Positions 17,571 through 26,169 of a stretch of DNA of 35,745 nucleotides are shown here, in pieces. The notes beneath the pieces are model-generated. The model was not told the DNA's origin, did not search any database, and worked only from the letters and a program-made list of their open reading frames with translations. Made by a program: the position numbers and the translations under genes. The stretch comes from an uncultured Lachnospiraceae bacterium. GTDB lineage: Bacteria; Bacillota; Clostridia; Lachnospirales; Lachnospiraceae. Location: positions 1 through 35,745 of the forward strand of contig CAZZHJ010000002.1 in NCBI GenBank assembly GCA_964653815.1. The letters are read 5' to 3'. How positions within the stretch are numbered: position 1 is the stretch's first letter; each line of letters starts with the position of its first letter.

Positions 17571-18558
17571 TATTTATTATGGCGGTCGGGGATTGGTAGA
17601 TGATCCGTCATTATTTGTTATCAACAAAATGCAGGAAGTATTGGAAGAACTGAATGTAAAAGTTGAACGCTTTATGCTGGCAGAGATGAAAAATAATATT
17701 ACTACGCTGCCCCAGACATTGAAGAGTGCTGACGGGATTATTCTGGCGACTACCGTGGAATGGTATGGAATCGGTGGCTATCTTCAGACCTTTTTGGATG
17801 CGTGCTGGCTTTATGGAGACAAGGAAAAAATCAGCACCATCTATATGTGCCCCATTGTTATGAGCACTACCTATGGAGAGAGGGATGCGAGCCTGAATTT
17901 AACCGTTGCATGGGAAATATTAGGCGGAAAACCTTGCAGTGGCATTTGCGGGTATATTTCAGATACTGCCATGCTGGAAAATAACAAAAGCTATATCGGC
18001 ATCATAGAAAGAAAAGCAGAGAATATGTACCGCACCATTAACCAGAAGGTTGCCTGCTTTCCGGCAAGTAATCAGGCAGTAAATCAAACCGTTGCGGTAA
18101 ATAAAAACATCAATCTTACACCACAGGAATCTGAACAGTTGTCCCAATATGTGGCGGATGAAACTTATGTACAGACCCAGAAAGAAGATATCAGGGAACT
18201 GGCAAGTTATTTTAAAGGTATGATGGACAGGGATGAAAATGAGGATGAAAAGCTGTTAGAAGAATTTCGTGCACATTTTAAACCGAGACCGGACTGCAAG
18301 GTATTATATAAAATAGTAATAGAGAACAAACAGCTTCCTTTGATTATTAACGTTAATAACAAAGAACTGGAATGTGAATTTATGGAGAAGGATGGAGAAG
18401 AGGTCCTGATCAGTACAGATATGGCTACAATAACAGAAATTTCCCAAGGACGAATGAGTTTTCAAAGGGCATTTATGAGTACGGGAAATATGAAGGTTAA
18501 GGGAGATTTTAAACTGCTGCGTATGCTGGATCAGCTGTTTGTATTTATGGAGGGCTAA
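17560..18558 (+). CDS. Flavodoxin-like (FMN reductase-type) plus SCP2 sterol-carrier domain fusion
   Basis: N-terminal MKINIYYGG...ADGIILATTVEWYGIGGYLQTFLD flavodoxin fold; C-terminal GRMSFQRAFMSTGNMKVKGDFKLL SCP2 motif. Confidence 0.78.
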   Translation: MKINIYYGGRGLVDDPSLFVINKMQEVLEELNVKVERFMLAEMKNNITTLPQTLKSADGIILATTVEWYGIGGYLQTFLDACWLYGDKEKISTIYMCPIVMSTTYGERDASLNLTVAWEILGGKPCSGICGYISDTAMLENNKSYIGIIERKAENMYRTINQKVACFPASNQAVNQTVAVNKNINLTPQESEQLSQYVADETYVQTQKEDIRELASYFKGMMDRDENEDEKLLEEFRAHFKPRPDCKVLYKIVIENKQLPLIINVNNKELECEFMEKDGEEVLISTDMATITEISQGRMSFQRAFMSTGNMKVKGDFKLLRMLDQLFVFMEG

Positions 18559-18561
18559 GAG

Positions 18562-18972
18562 ATGAGCGATAATAATTGTATTTTTTGCAAAATTGCAAAT
18601 GGGGAAATACCGTCTAAGTCGATTTATGAGGATGAGGATTTTAAAGTTATTTTGGATTTAGGACCGGCAACAAAGGGACATGCATTGATTCTTCCGAAGG
18701 AACATGCAACCGATCTTTTTGAACTGCCCGAGGAAACTGCGGCAAAAGCCATGGTTCTTGCAAAAAAACTGGGAAAGCAGATGAAAGAAAATCTGCATGC
18801 GGATGGGTTAAATCTGGTACAAAATAATGGAGAGGCAGCAGGGCAGACGGTTAAACATTTCCATTTGCATCTGATTCCCCGTTATCAGGATGACGGACAG
18901 AATATTTTGTGGAATCCCGGAGAGGCTTCACAGGAAGAACTGGAGGAAACCAAAAACATAATTATCGGTTAA
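18562..18972 (+). CDS. HIT family nucleotide hydrolase
   Basis: NCIFCKIANGEIPS; AGQTVKHFHLHLIPR histidine triad. Confidence 0.95.
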   Translation: MSDNNCIFCKIANGEIPSKSIYEDEDFKVILDLGPATKGHALILPKEHATDLFELPEETAAKAMVLAKKLGKQMKENLHADGLNLVQNNGEAAGQTVKHFHLHLIPRYQDDGQNILWNPGEASQEELEETKNIIIG

Positions 18973-19003
18973 GTGCAAAAGAGGAAACAAAAGGAGAAGA
19001 ATC

Positions 19004-19381
19004 ATGAGTGTGTCGGGAGAAAATTATTTAGAAACAATATACAGACTGGGAAAAGAAAATAAAACAGTCCGTTCAATAGATGTGGCAAGGGCGTTGGAGG
19101 TTTCCAAGCCCAGCGTCAGCAGAGCAATGGGACTTTTAAAAGATGCCGGATATATAGAGATTCCCCAAAGCGGAGAGATTTCATTTACAAAAACCGGATT
19201 AAAAAAGGCTGAGGATTTAGTAAAGAAACATGAAAATATCGTGCGGTTTCTGATGATGACAGCGGATGTTTCCCAGGAAACTGCCGAAAAGGATGCAGAC
19301 AACATAAAACATTTTATCCAGGAAGAAACTTTTAAGGGTATTTTGAACTTTATGAAGCAGGTAGATGAATATGAAGAATAA
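19004..19381 (+). CDS. DtxR/MntR family transcriptional regulator
   Basis: ENYLETIY and VRSIDVARALEVSKPSVSRAM winged HTH, followed by dimerisation helices. Confidence 0.88.
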   Translation: MSVSGENYLETIYRLGKENKTVRSIDVARALEVSKPSVSRAMGLLKDAGYIEIPQSGEISFTKTGLKKAEDLVKKHENIVRFLMMTADVSQETAEKDADNIKHFIQEETFKGILNFMKQVDEYEE

Positions 19382-19428
19382 AAGACCTGGAGCAGCGAAA
19401 TAGTATTGTTTTTACAGTATTTTATGTC

Positions 19429-19457
19429 TTGACAAAGATAGAGATATTATTTACAAT
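19429..19457 (+). promoter_or_regulatory. SigA promoter of the tyrS leader
   Basis: TTGACA-N17-TACAAT. Confidence 0.8.
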
Positions 19458-19489
19458 TTGTGTAATTTCAATTATATGTTTTATATAAA

Positions 19490-19765
19490 GGCTATGACAG
19501 GAACAAGTAAGATAAAGGGAAACGCACAGAAAGCAGCCGGCTGATGAGAGGCGCGCGGGAAGCTCTATCTGAATACATCCTACAGCTGCACACCGAATAT
19601 TCCAAAAGGGAATGAGTAGGCTGTGACGGAAGATAACCGTTAGCGTATCGGCGTATCCCGCAAGGGTGTACGTAATGAGGCAGGAAGTGTGAGCTTTTTG
19701 CGAAGACAGGTGGTAACACGGGATTTTACCCGTCCTTTCAAATTATGAGAGGGCGGGTTTTTTAT
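19490..19765 (+). ncRNA. T-box riboswitch (Tyr specifier)
   Basis: AGTA and GCTGATGAGAG stem-I elements; specifier GAA-TAC at 19574-19576; T-box AGGTGGTAACACG at 19708-19720; terminator ACCCGTCCTTTC...GAGAGGGCGGGT followed by a T run; upstream of tyrS. Confidence 0.93.
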
Positions 19766-19887
19766 TGCACACCTTGTTCATAGCATAATTCTATGGGATA
19801 AATGTAAAGCAATAAAGAAAATGCCCCGTAATTTGGGGATGAGGAAAAGAAAACAAGATAAAAAAGAATAAGAAAAGGAGAAGAAAA

Positions 19888-21111
19888 ATGACAGTATTTG
19901 ATGAATTAAAGGCCAGAGGCCTTTTGGCACAGTTAACGGACGAAGAGGAAATCAAGGAACTGGTAAATAACGGAAAGGCGGTTTTCTATATCGGCTTTGA
20001 CCCTACGGCGGACAGTCTTCATGTAGGACATTTTATGGCGCTCTGCCTGATGAAAAGGCTGCAGATGGCAGGGAACAAGCCTATTGCATTGATTGGCGGT
20101 GGAACGGCCATGATTGGGGACCCTTCCGGCAGAAGCGATATGCGTAATATGATGACCACGGAAACCATTGACCATAACTGCGAATGCTTTAAAAAACAGA
20201 TGAGCAAATTTATTGATTTTTCCGATGGCAAAGCGCTGATGGTAAATAATGCGGAATGGCTCAGGGATTTAAATTATATTGAATTTATCAGGGATATCGG
20301 AGCGCACTTTTCCGTAAACCGTATGCTGACAGCGGAATGCTACAAGCAGAGAATGGAAAAGGGCTTAAGTTTCCTGGAATTTAACTACATGATCATGCAG
20401 AGCTACGATTTTCTTTCTCTCTATGAAAGATACGGATGTAATATGCAGTTCGGGGGAGATGACCAGTGGAGCAATATGCTTGGCGGCACGGAGTTAATCC
20501 GCCGGAAGTTAGGAAAAGACGCTTATGCAATGACCATTACCCTTTTACTGAATTCCGAGGGAAAGAAAATGGGAAAAACCCAGAAAGGCGCAGTATGGCT
20601 TGACCCTGAAAAGACTTCTCCTTTTGAGTTTTACCAGTATTGGAGAAATGTAGGAGATGCGGACGTATTAAAATGTATCCGTATGCTTACCTTCCTCCCC
20701 ATGGAAGAGATCGAGAAAATGGATTCCTGGGAAGGCAGCCAGTTAAATACCGCAAAGGAAATTCTGGCATTTGAACTGACTAAAATGATTCACGGCGAAG
20801 AAGAAGCGGTAAAGGCCCAGGAGTCCGCAAGAGCATTGTTTACAAGCGGCAATGCGGCAGATATGCCTACGGCTGTTTTAAGTGCGGAGGACTTTAAAGA
20901 GGATTCCATTGATATTTTATCAATTCTTGTAAAATCCGGTCTTGTTCCTACCAGAAATGAAGGAAGAAGAGCCGTAGAACAGGGCGGCGTCAGCGTTGAC
21001 GGAGAAAAAGTAGGGGATATTAAAGCAACTTTTACAAAAGAACAGTTGAGCGGCGACGGTCTTGTGGTAAAACGCGGCAAGAAAAATTTCCGTAAGGTTG
21101 TTGTGGAATAG
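19888..21111 (+). CDS. tyrS: Tyrosine--tRNA ligase
   Basis: [15 protein letters not shown] (HIGH), [13 protein letters not shown] (KMSKS) and C-terminal S4 domain. Confidence 0.98.
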   Translation: MTVFDELKARGLLAQLTDEEEIKELVNNGKAVFYIGFDPTADSLHVGHFMALCLMKRLQMAGNKPIALIGGGTAMIGDPSGRSDMRNMMTTETIDHNCECFKKQMSKFIDFSDGKALMVNNAEWLRDLNYIEFIRDIGAHFSVNRMLTAECYKQRMEKGLSFLEFNYMIMQSYDFLSLYERYGCNMQFGGDDQWSNMLGGTELIRRKLGKDAYAMTITLLLNSEGKKMGKTQKGAVWLDPEKTSPFEFYQYWRNVGDADVLKCIRMLTFLPMEEIEKMDSWEGSQLNTAKEILAFELTKMIHGEEEAVKAQESARALFTSGNAADMPTAVLSAEDFKEDSIDILSILVKSGLVPTRNEGRRAVEQGGVSVDGEKVGDIKATFTKEQLSGDGLVVKRGKKNFRKVVVE

Positions 21112-21122
21112 GAAGTGATTTT

Positions 21123-21632
21123 ATGGCGCTTTCGCCGGTTATGAGAATGCAGCTTATAAACGGAGTGGAAAGAGTGCTTCATGCACCGGGCAATCCAACC
21201 CATGAATTAAAGGAAATGAGTCTGGTGTTGGATTACCATATGGATAAAGAAGATATAGGAGCGTTGGCGAAGGATGTGGCGGGGGCTTTAAAGGCCCACA
21301 GCCGCACCTTTGCCAATGTGCGTTGTAATCTGGTTCACTGGAAAAGGGATGAAATCATACAAAATGAGGTCTGCCCCCTGGCAATGGTACAATTAGGACG
21401 CTTTCTGGAAAATTATGAACAGATTGAAGAGACTAAAAAGGTTGAAATCCTCTGCGAATATTTGAAACGGTTTCATGCCAGGAGCAAACTGATACTGGTG
21501 CTTAGTGATTCCGCTTATAGCATTGAAAGCAGGGAGCAGCTAAAAGGCGCCCTTATTCCTTTTTTACAGTACAAGCTTTTATTTGCCGGTAATAATACTG
21601 TTAATAAGCTGAAGGAGACAGGGACACCATAG
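21123..21632 (+). CDS. Hypothetical protein, possible degenerate vWA-like alpha/beta fold
   Basis: ORF starts 11 nt after tyrS; alternating strand/helix pattern (MSLVLD, VRCNLVHW, KLILVLSD). Confidence 0.6.
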   Translation: MALSPVMRMQLINGVERVLHAPGNPTHELKEMSLVLDYHMDKEDIGALAKDVAGALKAHSRTFANVRCNLVHWKRDEIIQNEVCPLAMVQLGRFLENYEQIEETKKVEILCEYLKRFHARSKLILVLSDSAYSIESREQLKGALIPFLQYKLLFAGNNTVNKLKETGTP

Positions 21633-22317
21633 AAAGCAGAGTTTCCTGCTGGCTGTGACTGATCTGGATCTTTCCTTGACAGAGATTTATCAGGTTCCGG
21701 TTTTTCAAGCTTTCAATGATGCGGTTTATTGTCCGAAGGGAACAGCCTGCCTTTGCGGCTAATTCCTCCCGCTTTATGGGAAGACGGATTTGCCCGTTTA
21801 CGGCTTTATGGCGAAGGCATTCCGTAAGCAGAAGATGAAGACAGCGGGTTTCGTAATCCATGTATAGAAAATGGCGTTCGAAACTAACCTGTGTGGAAAG
21901 CTGTTTCATAAGCATTTGTGTGCGGAGAAAAAGAGCATGGGCATCCGAGCTGATCCATGTGCGGTAAATGCCTGCCGGCAGGGAGAGACAGATACAGTCC
22001 GTATATGCCATAACCGTTGAAATACTGTATTCCCCTCTGGAAAACATTTCGTAGTCGCCCACAATTTCAAAAGGAGCAGCCTCTAAAAGACAAAGAGGAA
22101 ATTCCGTTGTATTCTCATCTAAAATCTGCAGCTTTCCCTTTAACAGAAAATAAACGGTATGCGGGGGCGTATTGCAGTAAATCAATATTTTCCCTTTCAA
22201 AATCCGGTTTATATTCAGACAATCCTGCACCCGGGCAGGGCATTGTTTAAAAAAGTCTTCAAGCTTAGAAAATACTTCCTGTGAGGAACAATAAGTTAAG
22301 CAGTCTTTTATTTTCAT
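21601..22317 (-). CDS. Crp/Fnr family transcriptional regulator
   Basis: cNMP-binding beta-barrel (VYFLLKGKL, IVGDYEM, STVMAYTDC) and C-terminal HTH KREELAAKAGCSLRTINRII. Confidence 0.92.
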   Translation of the reverse strand: MKIKDCLTYCSSQEVFSKLEDFFKQCPARVQDCLNINRILKGKILIYCNTPPHTVYFLLKGKLQILDENTTEFPLCLLEAAPFEIVGDYEMFSRGEYSISTVMAYTDCICLSLPAGIYRTWISSDAHALFLRTQMLMKQLSTQVSFERHFLYMDYETRCLHLLLTECLRHKAVNGQIRLPIKREELAAKAGCSLRTINRIIESLKNRNLINLCQGKIQISHSQQETLLSMVSLSPSAY

Positions 22318-22332
22318 AAATTACCTCAAAAC

Positions 22333-22374
22333 ATGACAAATGGCATTTTATTTTTGTTTGACCTATCATATCCT
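22333..22374 (+). promoter_or_regulatory. Putative Crp/Fnr site and -10 element of deoD-deoB
   Basis: Near-palindrome ATGACA-AA-TGGCAT (22333-22346) and TATCCT (22369-22374), giving class II activator geometry. Confidence 0.55.
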
Positions 22375-22423
22375 AAAAATATGAAATTGACAACTGGTAA
22401 ACTGCAACAATAAGGAGGAGAAA

Positions 22424-23137
22424 ATGCCGACACCACATAATGAAGCAAAACGAGGGGAAATCGCAAAAACTGTATTAATGCCGGGAGACCCGCTGCGGGC
22501 CAAATTTATCGCAAATAACTGGCTGGAAAATTTTAAACTTGTAAACCAGGTAAGAAATATGTATGCCTACACGGGAACCTATAAGGGCAAAGAGCTTACA
22601 GTAATGGCAAGCGGAATGGGCATGCCCAGTATGGGGATTTATTCTTATGAACTGTATAAGGAATATGATGTGGATAAGATTATACGAATCGGAAGCGCAG
22701 GAAGCTATACACAGTCATTGAAACTGTTTGATATTGTTCTGGCGGAAAAAGTATGGAGTCAGTCCACATATGCAAAAACGCAAAGCGGGTTTGAGGAAAA
22801 TTTTCTGTTTCCCGAAAAGAGGTTAAATGATACAATTAAAACAATGAGTGACACATTGGAAATTCCCATTGTCCGAGCTTGTATTCATTCGACAGACGCC
22901 TTTTATCAGGAACCGGATGCAGATGATTATATAAAAATCAGGGATGCTTACGGCTGTCAGTGTGTAGAGATGGAAAGCTTTGCCTTATTCCATAATGCCA
23001 ATGTATTGGGAAAGCAGGCGGCATGTATTCTGACGGTATCGGATTCTTTTGTGACAGAAGAAAAAGCCACGGCAAAGGAACGGCAGCTATCCTTTGAAAA
23101 AATGATTATGCTTGCGTTGGAATCAGCGGTTAAGTAA
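22424..23137 (+). CDS. deoD: Purine nucleoside phosphorylase DeoD-type
   Basis: [41 protein letters not shown]. Confidence 0.96.
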   Translation: MPTPHNEAKRGEIAKTVLMPGDPLRAKFIANNWLENFKLVNQVRNMYAYTGTYKGKELTVMASGMGMPSMGIYSYELYKEYDVDKIIRIGSAGSYTQSLKLFDIVLAEKVWSQSTYAKTQSGFEENFLFPEKRLNDTIKTMSDTLEIPIVRACIHSTDAFYQEPDADDYIKIRDAYGCQCVEMESFALFHNANVLGKQAACILTVSDSFVTEEKATAKERQLSFEKMIMLALESAVK

Positions 23138-23153
23138 AAAGGAGGAATTGCAT

Positions 23154-24332
23154 ATGCGGTATAAAAGAATATTTCTGATTGTATTGGATTCCCTTGGAAT
23201 CGGCGCCATGCCCGATGCGGCGGAATACGGGGATGCGGGGACAAACACCTTTGTCCATATCTGGGAACGGATGCAGGGACTTAATATTCCCAATTTACGG
23301 AAACTTGGAATGGGAAATCTGTGCCGGGTTACGGAGGATGAAGAAACCCTGGGTTACCGGATGCGCTTAAAGGAGGCCAGCACCGGCAAGGATACCATGA
23401 CCGGTCATTGGGAAATGATGGGTATTTTAACGACAAAACCCTTCCGTACCTTTACAGATACCGGTTTCCCCGATGAACTGATCAAAGAACTGGAAGAAAA
23501 ATGCGGAAGAAAAATCATAGGAAATAAAGCTGCCAGCGGAACGGAAATACTGGAAGAGCTTGCGGAGCGGGAAATACAGAACGGAGAATTAATTGTGTAT
23601 ACGTCTGCGGATTCCGTATTGCAGATTTGCGGGAATGAGGAGACTATGGGAGTGGAAACACTTTACCGCTACTGTGAAATCGCAAGGGAGCTGACCATGA
23701 AGGAAGAGTGGAGAGTGGGAAGAGTCATTGCACGCCCTTATACAGGACAGAAAAAAGGAGAATTCCGCCGTACTGCCAACAGAAGGGACTATGCCCTTGC
23801 GCCGGAGAAGAAAACGGTCTTGGATTTCCTCAAAGAAAGCGGGATTCCCGTAGTGGGAATCGGCAAGATAGAGGATATTTTTGCAGGCCATGGAATTACG
23901 GAAAGCGAGCATTCTAAAAGCAGCGTTCACGGAATGGAACAGACCATCCGGAAAGCAAAGGAATTAAAAGAAGGCCTTGTGTTCACAAATCTGGTGGATT
24001 TTGATGCCCTGTGGGGACACAGAAGAGATCCCATAGGCTATGGTAAGGAAATTGAGGCATTTGACGTAAAGCTGGGAGAGCTTCTTTCGGTTTTGGGGGA
24101 GGATGACCTTGTAATGCTGACCGCCGATCATGGGAATGACCCCACCCATACAGGAACAGACCATACGAGGGAAACAGTTCCCCTTTTAATGTATGCAAAA
24201 TCCATGTCCGGGCAGGCGGAGCTGGAAGAAGCGGACACTTTTGGGGTTATCGGGGCAACGGTTGCAAAGAATTTTGCCGTGGATTTGCCGGATAGCCTGA
24301 TTGGAGAGTCCATATTGGAAAAATTGGTGTAA
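23154..24332 (+). CDS. deoB: Phosphopentomutase
   Basis: [55 protein letters not shown]. Start ATG 23154 after AAGGAGG. Confidence 0.97.
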   Translation: MRYKRIFLIVLDSLGIGAMPDAAEYGDAGTNTFVHIWERMQGLNIPNLRKLGMGNLCRVTEDEETLGYRMRLKEASTGKDTMTGHWEMMGILTTKPFRTFTDTGFPDELIKELEEKCGRKIIGNKAASGTEILEELAEREIQNGELIVYTSADSVLQICGNEETMGVETLYRYCEIARELTMKEEWRVGRVIARPYTGQKKGEFRRTANRRDYALAPEKKTVLDFLKESGIPVVGIGKIEDIFAGHGITESEHSKSSVHGMEQTIRKAKELKEGLVFTNLVDFDALWGHRRDPIGYGKEIEAFDVKLGELLSVLGEDDLVMLTADHGNDPTHTGTDHTRETVPLLMYAKSMSGQAELEEADTFGVIGATVAKNFAVDLPDSLIGESILEKLV

Positions 24333-24350
24333 ATAAAACAGAAAAAATAT

Positions 24351-24400
24351 AAAATATATGCCTATAGTCAATATATAGATTGATTATAGGCATATTTTTA
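24351..24400. terminator. Bidirectional terminator between convergent deoB and gntR
   Basis: 17-bp stem ATATGCCTATAGTCAAT / ATTGATTATAGGCATAT flanked by A and T runs. Confidence 0.75.
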
Positions 24401-25141
24401 TTTTTGTCCGCCGCCCTGATTGCTGATCACAAAATTCAGATGATAATACTCAGGAATAAAATAGAATTTATTTCTTGCAAAAGGACGCTCCATTTTATCC
24501 AGATGTAAAGCCTCAATCAAAATCAGGGGAGTGTCTAAAGGAATCTTTAAAAATTCAATTTCTATGGCATTGGCATGAATGAGTTTGATTTTCATGTCCA
24601 TTTTTTTAGAATAATGAAACAGTGTTTCTAAAATCAATTCTTTAATAGAGTCCGTATCTGACGTGTTCAACTTTAATTCATCAAAAAACATAGCCGGAAT
24701 CTGGGTAAACGAATACCCTAAAACGGTTTTCTCCGATTGAAAAACACAATTGCATGCCAAAACCAGATCGCTGGCCCCTAAAGATAAACGGTCTCTTGCA
24801 ATATCCGTAGGCGCTCCGTAATTGTAGGTTATGGCAGTTTCCGTAATAGGCAGCTTATTCATGGAAAGAAGGGGATGGATGATTTGTTCCTTTGAGGAAT
24901 GTTTGACACTGGGAGCTACCAGCGTGCCCTTTCCCTGGGATTTGATAATCATGCCGTCCTCGTGGAGAATAGCAAGAGCCTGTCTTAAGGTATTCCGGCT
25001 GACGCCGTATTTTTGTGAAAGAGCAGTTTCACCGGGGAGCGTTTCGTTTGGAGGATAAACGCCGTCCGTAATGTCTTTATAAAGAGAATTGTATACCCCG
25101 ATATAAGCAGGTATGTTTTCCGGGTGTAATTTGGTATTCAA
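24398..25141 (-). CDS. GntR family regulator (HutC/UTRA type)
   Basis: LPGETALSQKYGVSRNTLRQAL...QGKGTLV wHTH plus UTRA-like C-domain. Likely TTG start at 25141 with AAGGAG 8 nt upstream. Confidence 0.9.
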   Translation of the reverse strand: MNTKLHPENIPAYIGVYNSLYKDITDGVYPPNETLPGETALSQKYGVSRNTLRQALAILHEDGMIIKSQGKGTLVAPSVKHSSKEQIIHPLLSMNKLPITETAITYNYGAPTDIARDRLSLGASDLVLACNCVFQSEKTVLGYSFTQIPAMFFDELKLNTSDTDSIKELILETLFHYSKKMDMKIKLIHANAIEIEFLKIPLDTPLILIEALHLDKMERPFARNKFYFIPEYYHLNFVISNQGGGQK

Positions 25142-25157
25142 TAAAACATCTCCTTTA

Positions 25158-25331
25158 AACTTGATGAACAAGTTGATCATATCATAAATACGAGTATCTG
25201 CATCCATCCTTTGATGTGGCGGACATATGGGAATACTTTCCACGTTAAAACTCATTTTATCATAATAATCAGATGTTGACAAGGTGGATGGACTATGCTA
25301 GACTTTAATCATGTTGAACATGTTGAACAAG
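25158..25331. promoter_or_regulatory. Divergent control region: SigA promoter plus repeated GntR-type operators
   Basis: TTGACA(25276)-N17-TAGACT(25299) with extended TG; AACTTGATGAACAAGTT at 25158-25174; CATGTTGAACATGTTGAACAAG at 25310-25331. Confidence 0.7.
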
Positions 25332-25374
25332 TAGAGCGGAAAATAAATGGAAAGGAGGAGTAAAGAGAAGGCGG

Positions 25375-26169
25375 ATGATTCGGATATGTAGTGACAAAGA
25401 TGAAGAAGTACTGCTCCGGTTTTTAAAAAGAGATTCTATGCTGCACACATATATCATTGCCGATATGGAACGGTACAGATTTGATAAGCCATATCAAAAA
25501 ATCTATATGATGGAGAATAAGAATTTCTGCGAAGGTGTTTTTCTGGAATACTACAATAATTTGATATTTTCGAAGGTTGAAGGAAATATAGAACCGGAAG
25601 AGATCATCAAATATATTTTACCGGAAATTACAAATATAATGGGCGAGTTGAAGGTTGTGAAAAAAGTTGCAAATTATTTGGGGTTATCAGGCAGCATGAC
25701 GACTAACAATTTATATGCACAAAAGAGAGCCGCAAAACAATATAGCGGTGATTTGCCGGATGTGCGGATGGCCGGATTGCGTGATGTGGACGCTATTTAT
25801 GATTTTTTAATGAGCTTTCCCGAATTTACGGAGATATACGCCCAAAAGGAAATGATTGAAAACCGGATAGAAAAAGGAGAAGGCATTCACGTTTTGCTGG
25901 AAAAAGACGGAAAGATAGTGGCGCACGGAAATAGTGCCGCATCTACAGATGAAACCTGTTTTCTGGGAGGAATCTGTGTTTTGCCCGGCGAACGTAAAAA
26001 GGGGTATGCAATGGCTGTTGTACAGATGCTGTGTAACGAAATACACAAGCAGAACAGAATCCCCTGTGTGTTTGCTCCGGAAGAAAAAGAATACACCATT
26101 TTCCAAAGGCTGGGTTTTGAAAAATGCGGAAAATGGGGAACAATTCAAATGAAAGGAGATAACAGATGA
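25375..26169 (+). CDS. Two-domain GNAT family acetyltransferase-like protein
   Basis: LGGICVLPGERKKGYA acetyl-CoA loop; RLGF C-terminal motif. Confidence 0.82.
   Translation: MIRICSDKDEEVLLRFLKRDSMLHTYIIADMERYRFDKPYQKIYMMENKNFCEGVFLEYYNNLIFSKVEGNIEPEEIIKYILPEITNIMGELKVVKKVANYLGLSGSMTTNNLYAQKRAAKQYSGDLPDVRMAGLRDVDAIYDFLMSFPEFTEIYAQKEMIENRIEKGEGIHVLLEKDGKIVAHGNSAASTDETCFLGGICVLPGERKKGYAMAVVQMLCNEIHKQNRIPCVFAPEEKEYTIFQRLGFEKCGKWGTIQMKGDNR

Noticed and set aside
19492-19719. 75-aa minus-strand ORF
   Set aside because: It is the antisense of the T-box leader RNA.
25142-25282. 47-aa N-terminal extension of the GntR given by the ORF track
   Set aside because: The region contains promoter and operator elements; a TTG at 25141 with AAGGAG gives a normal-length GntR.
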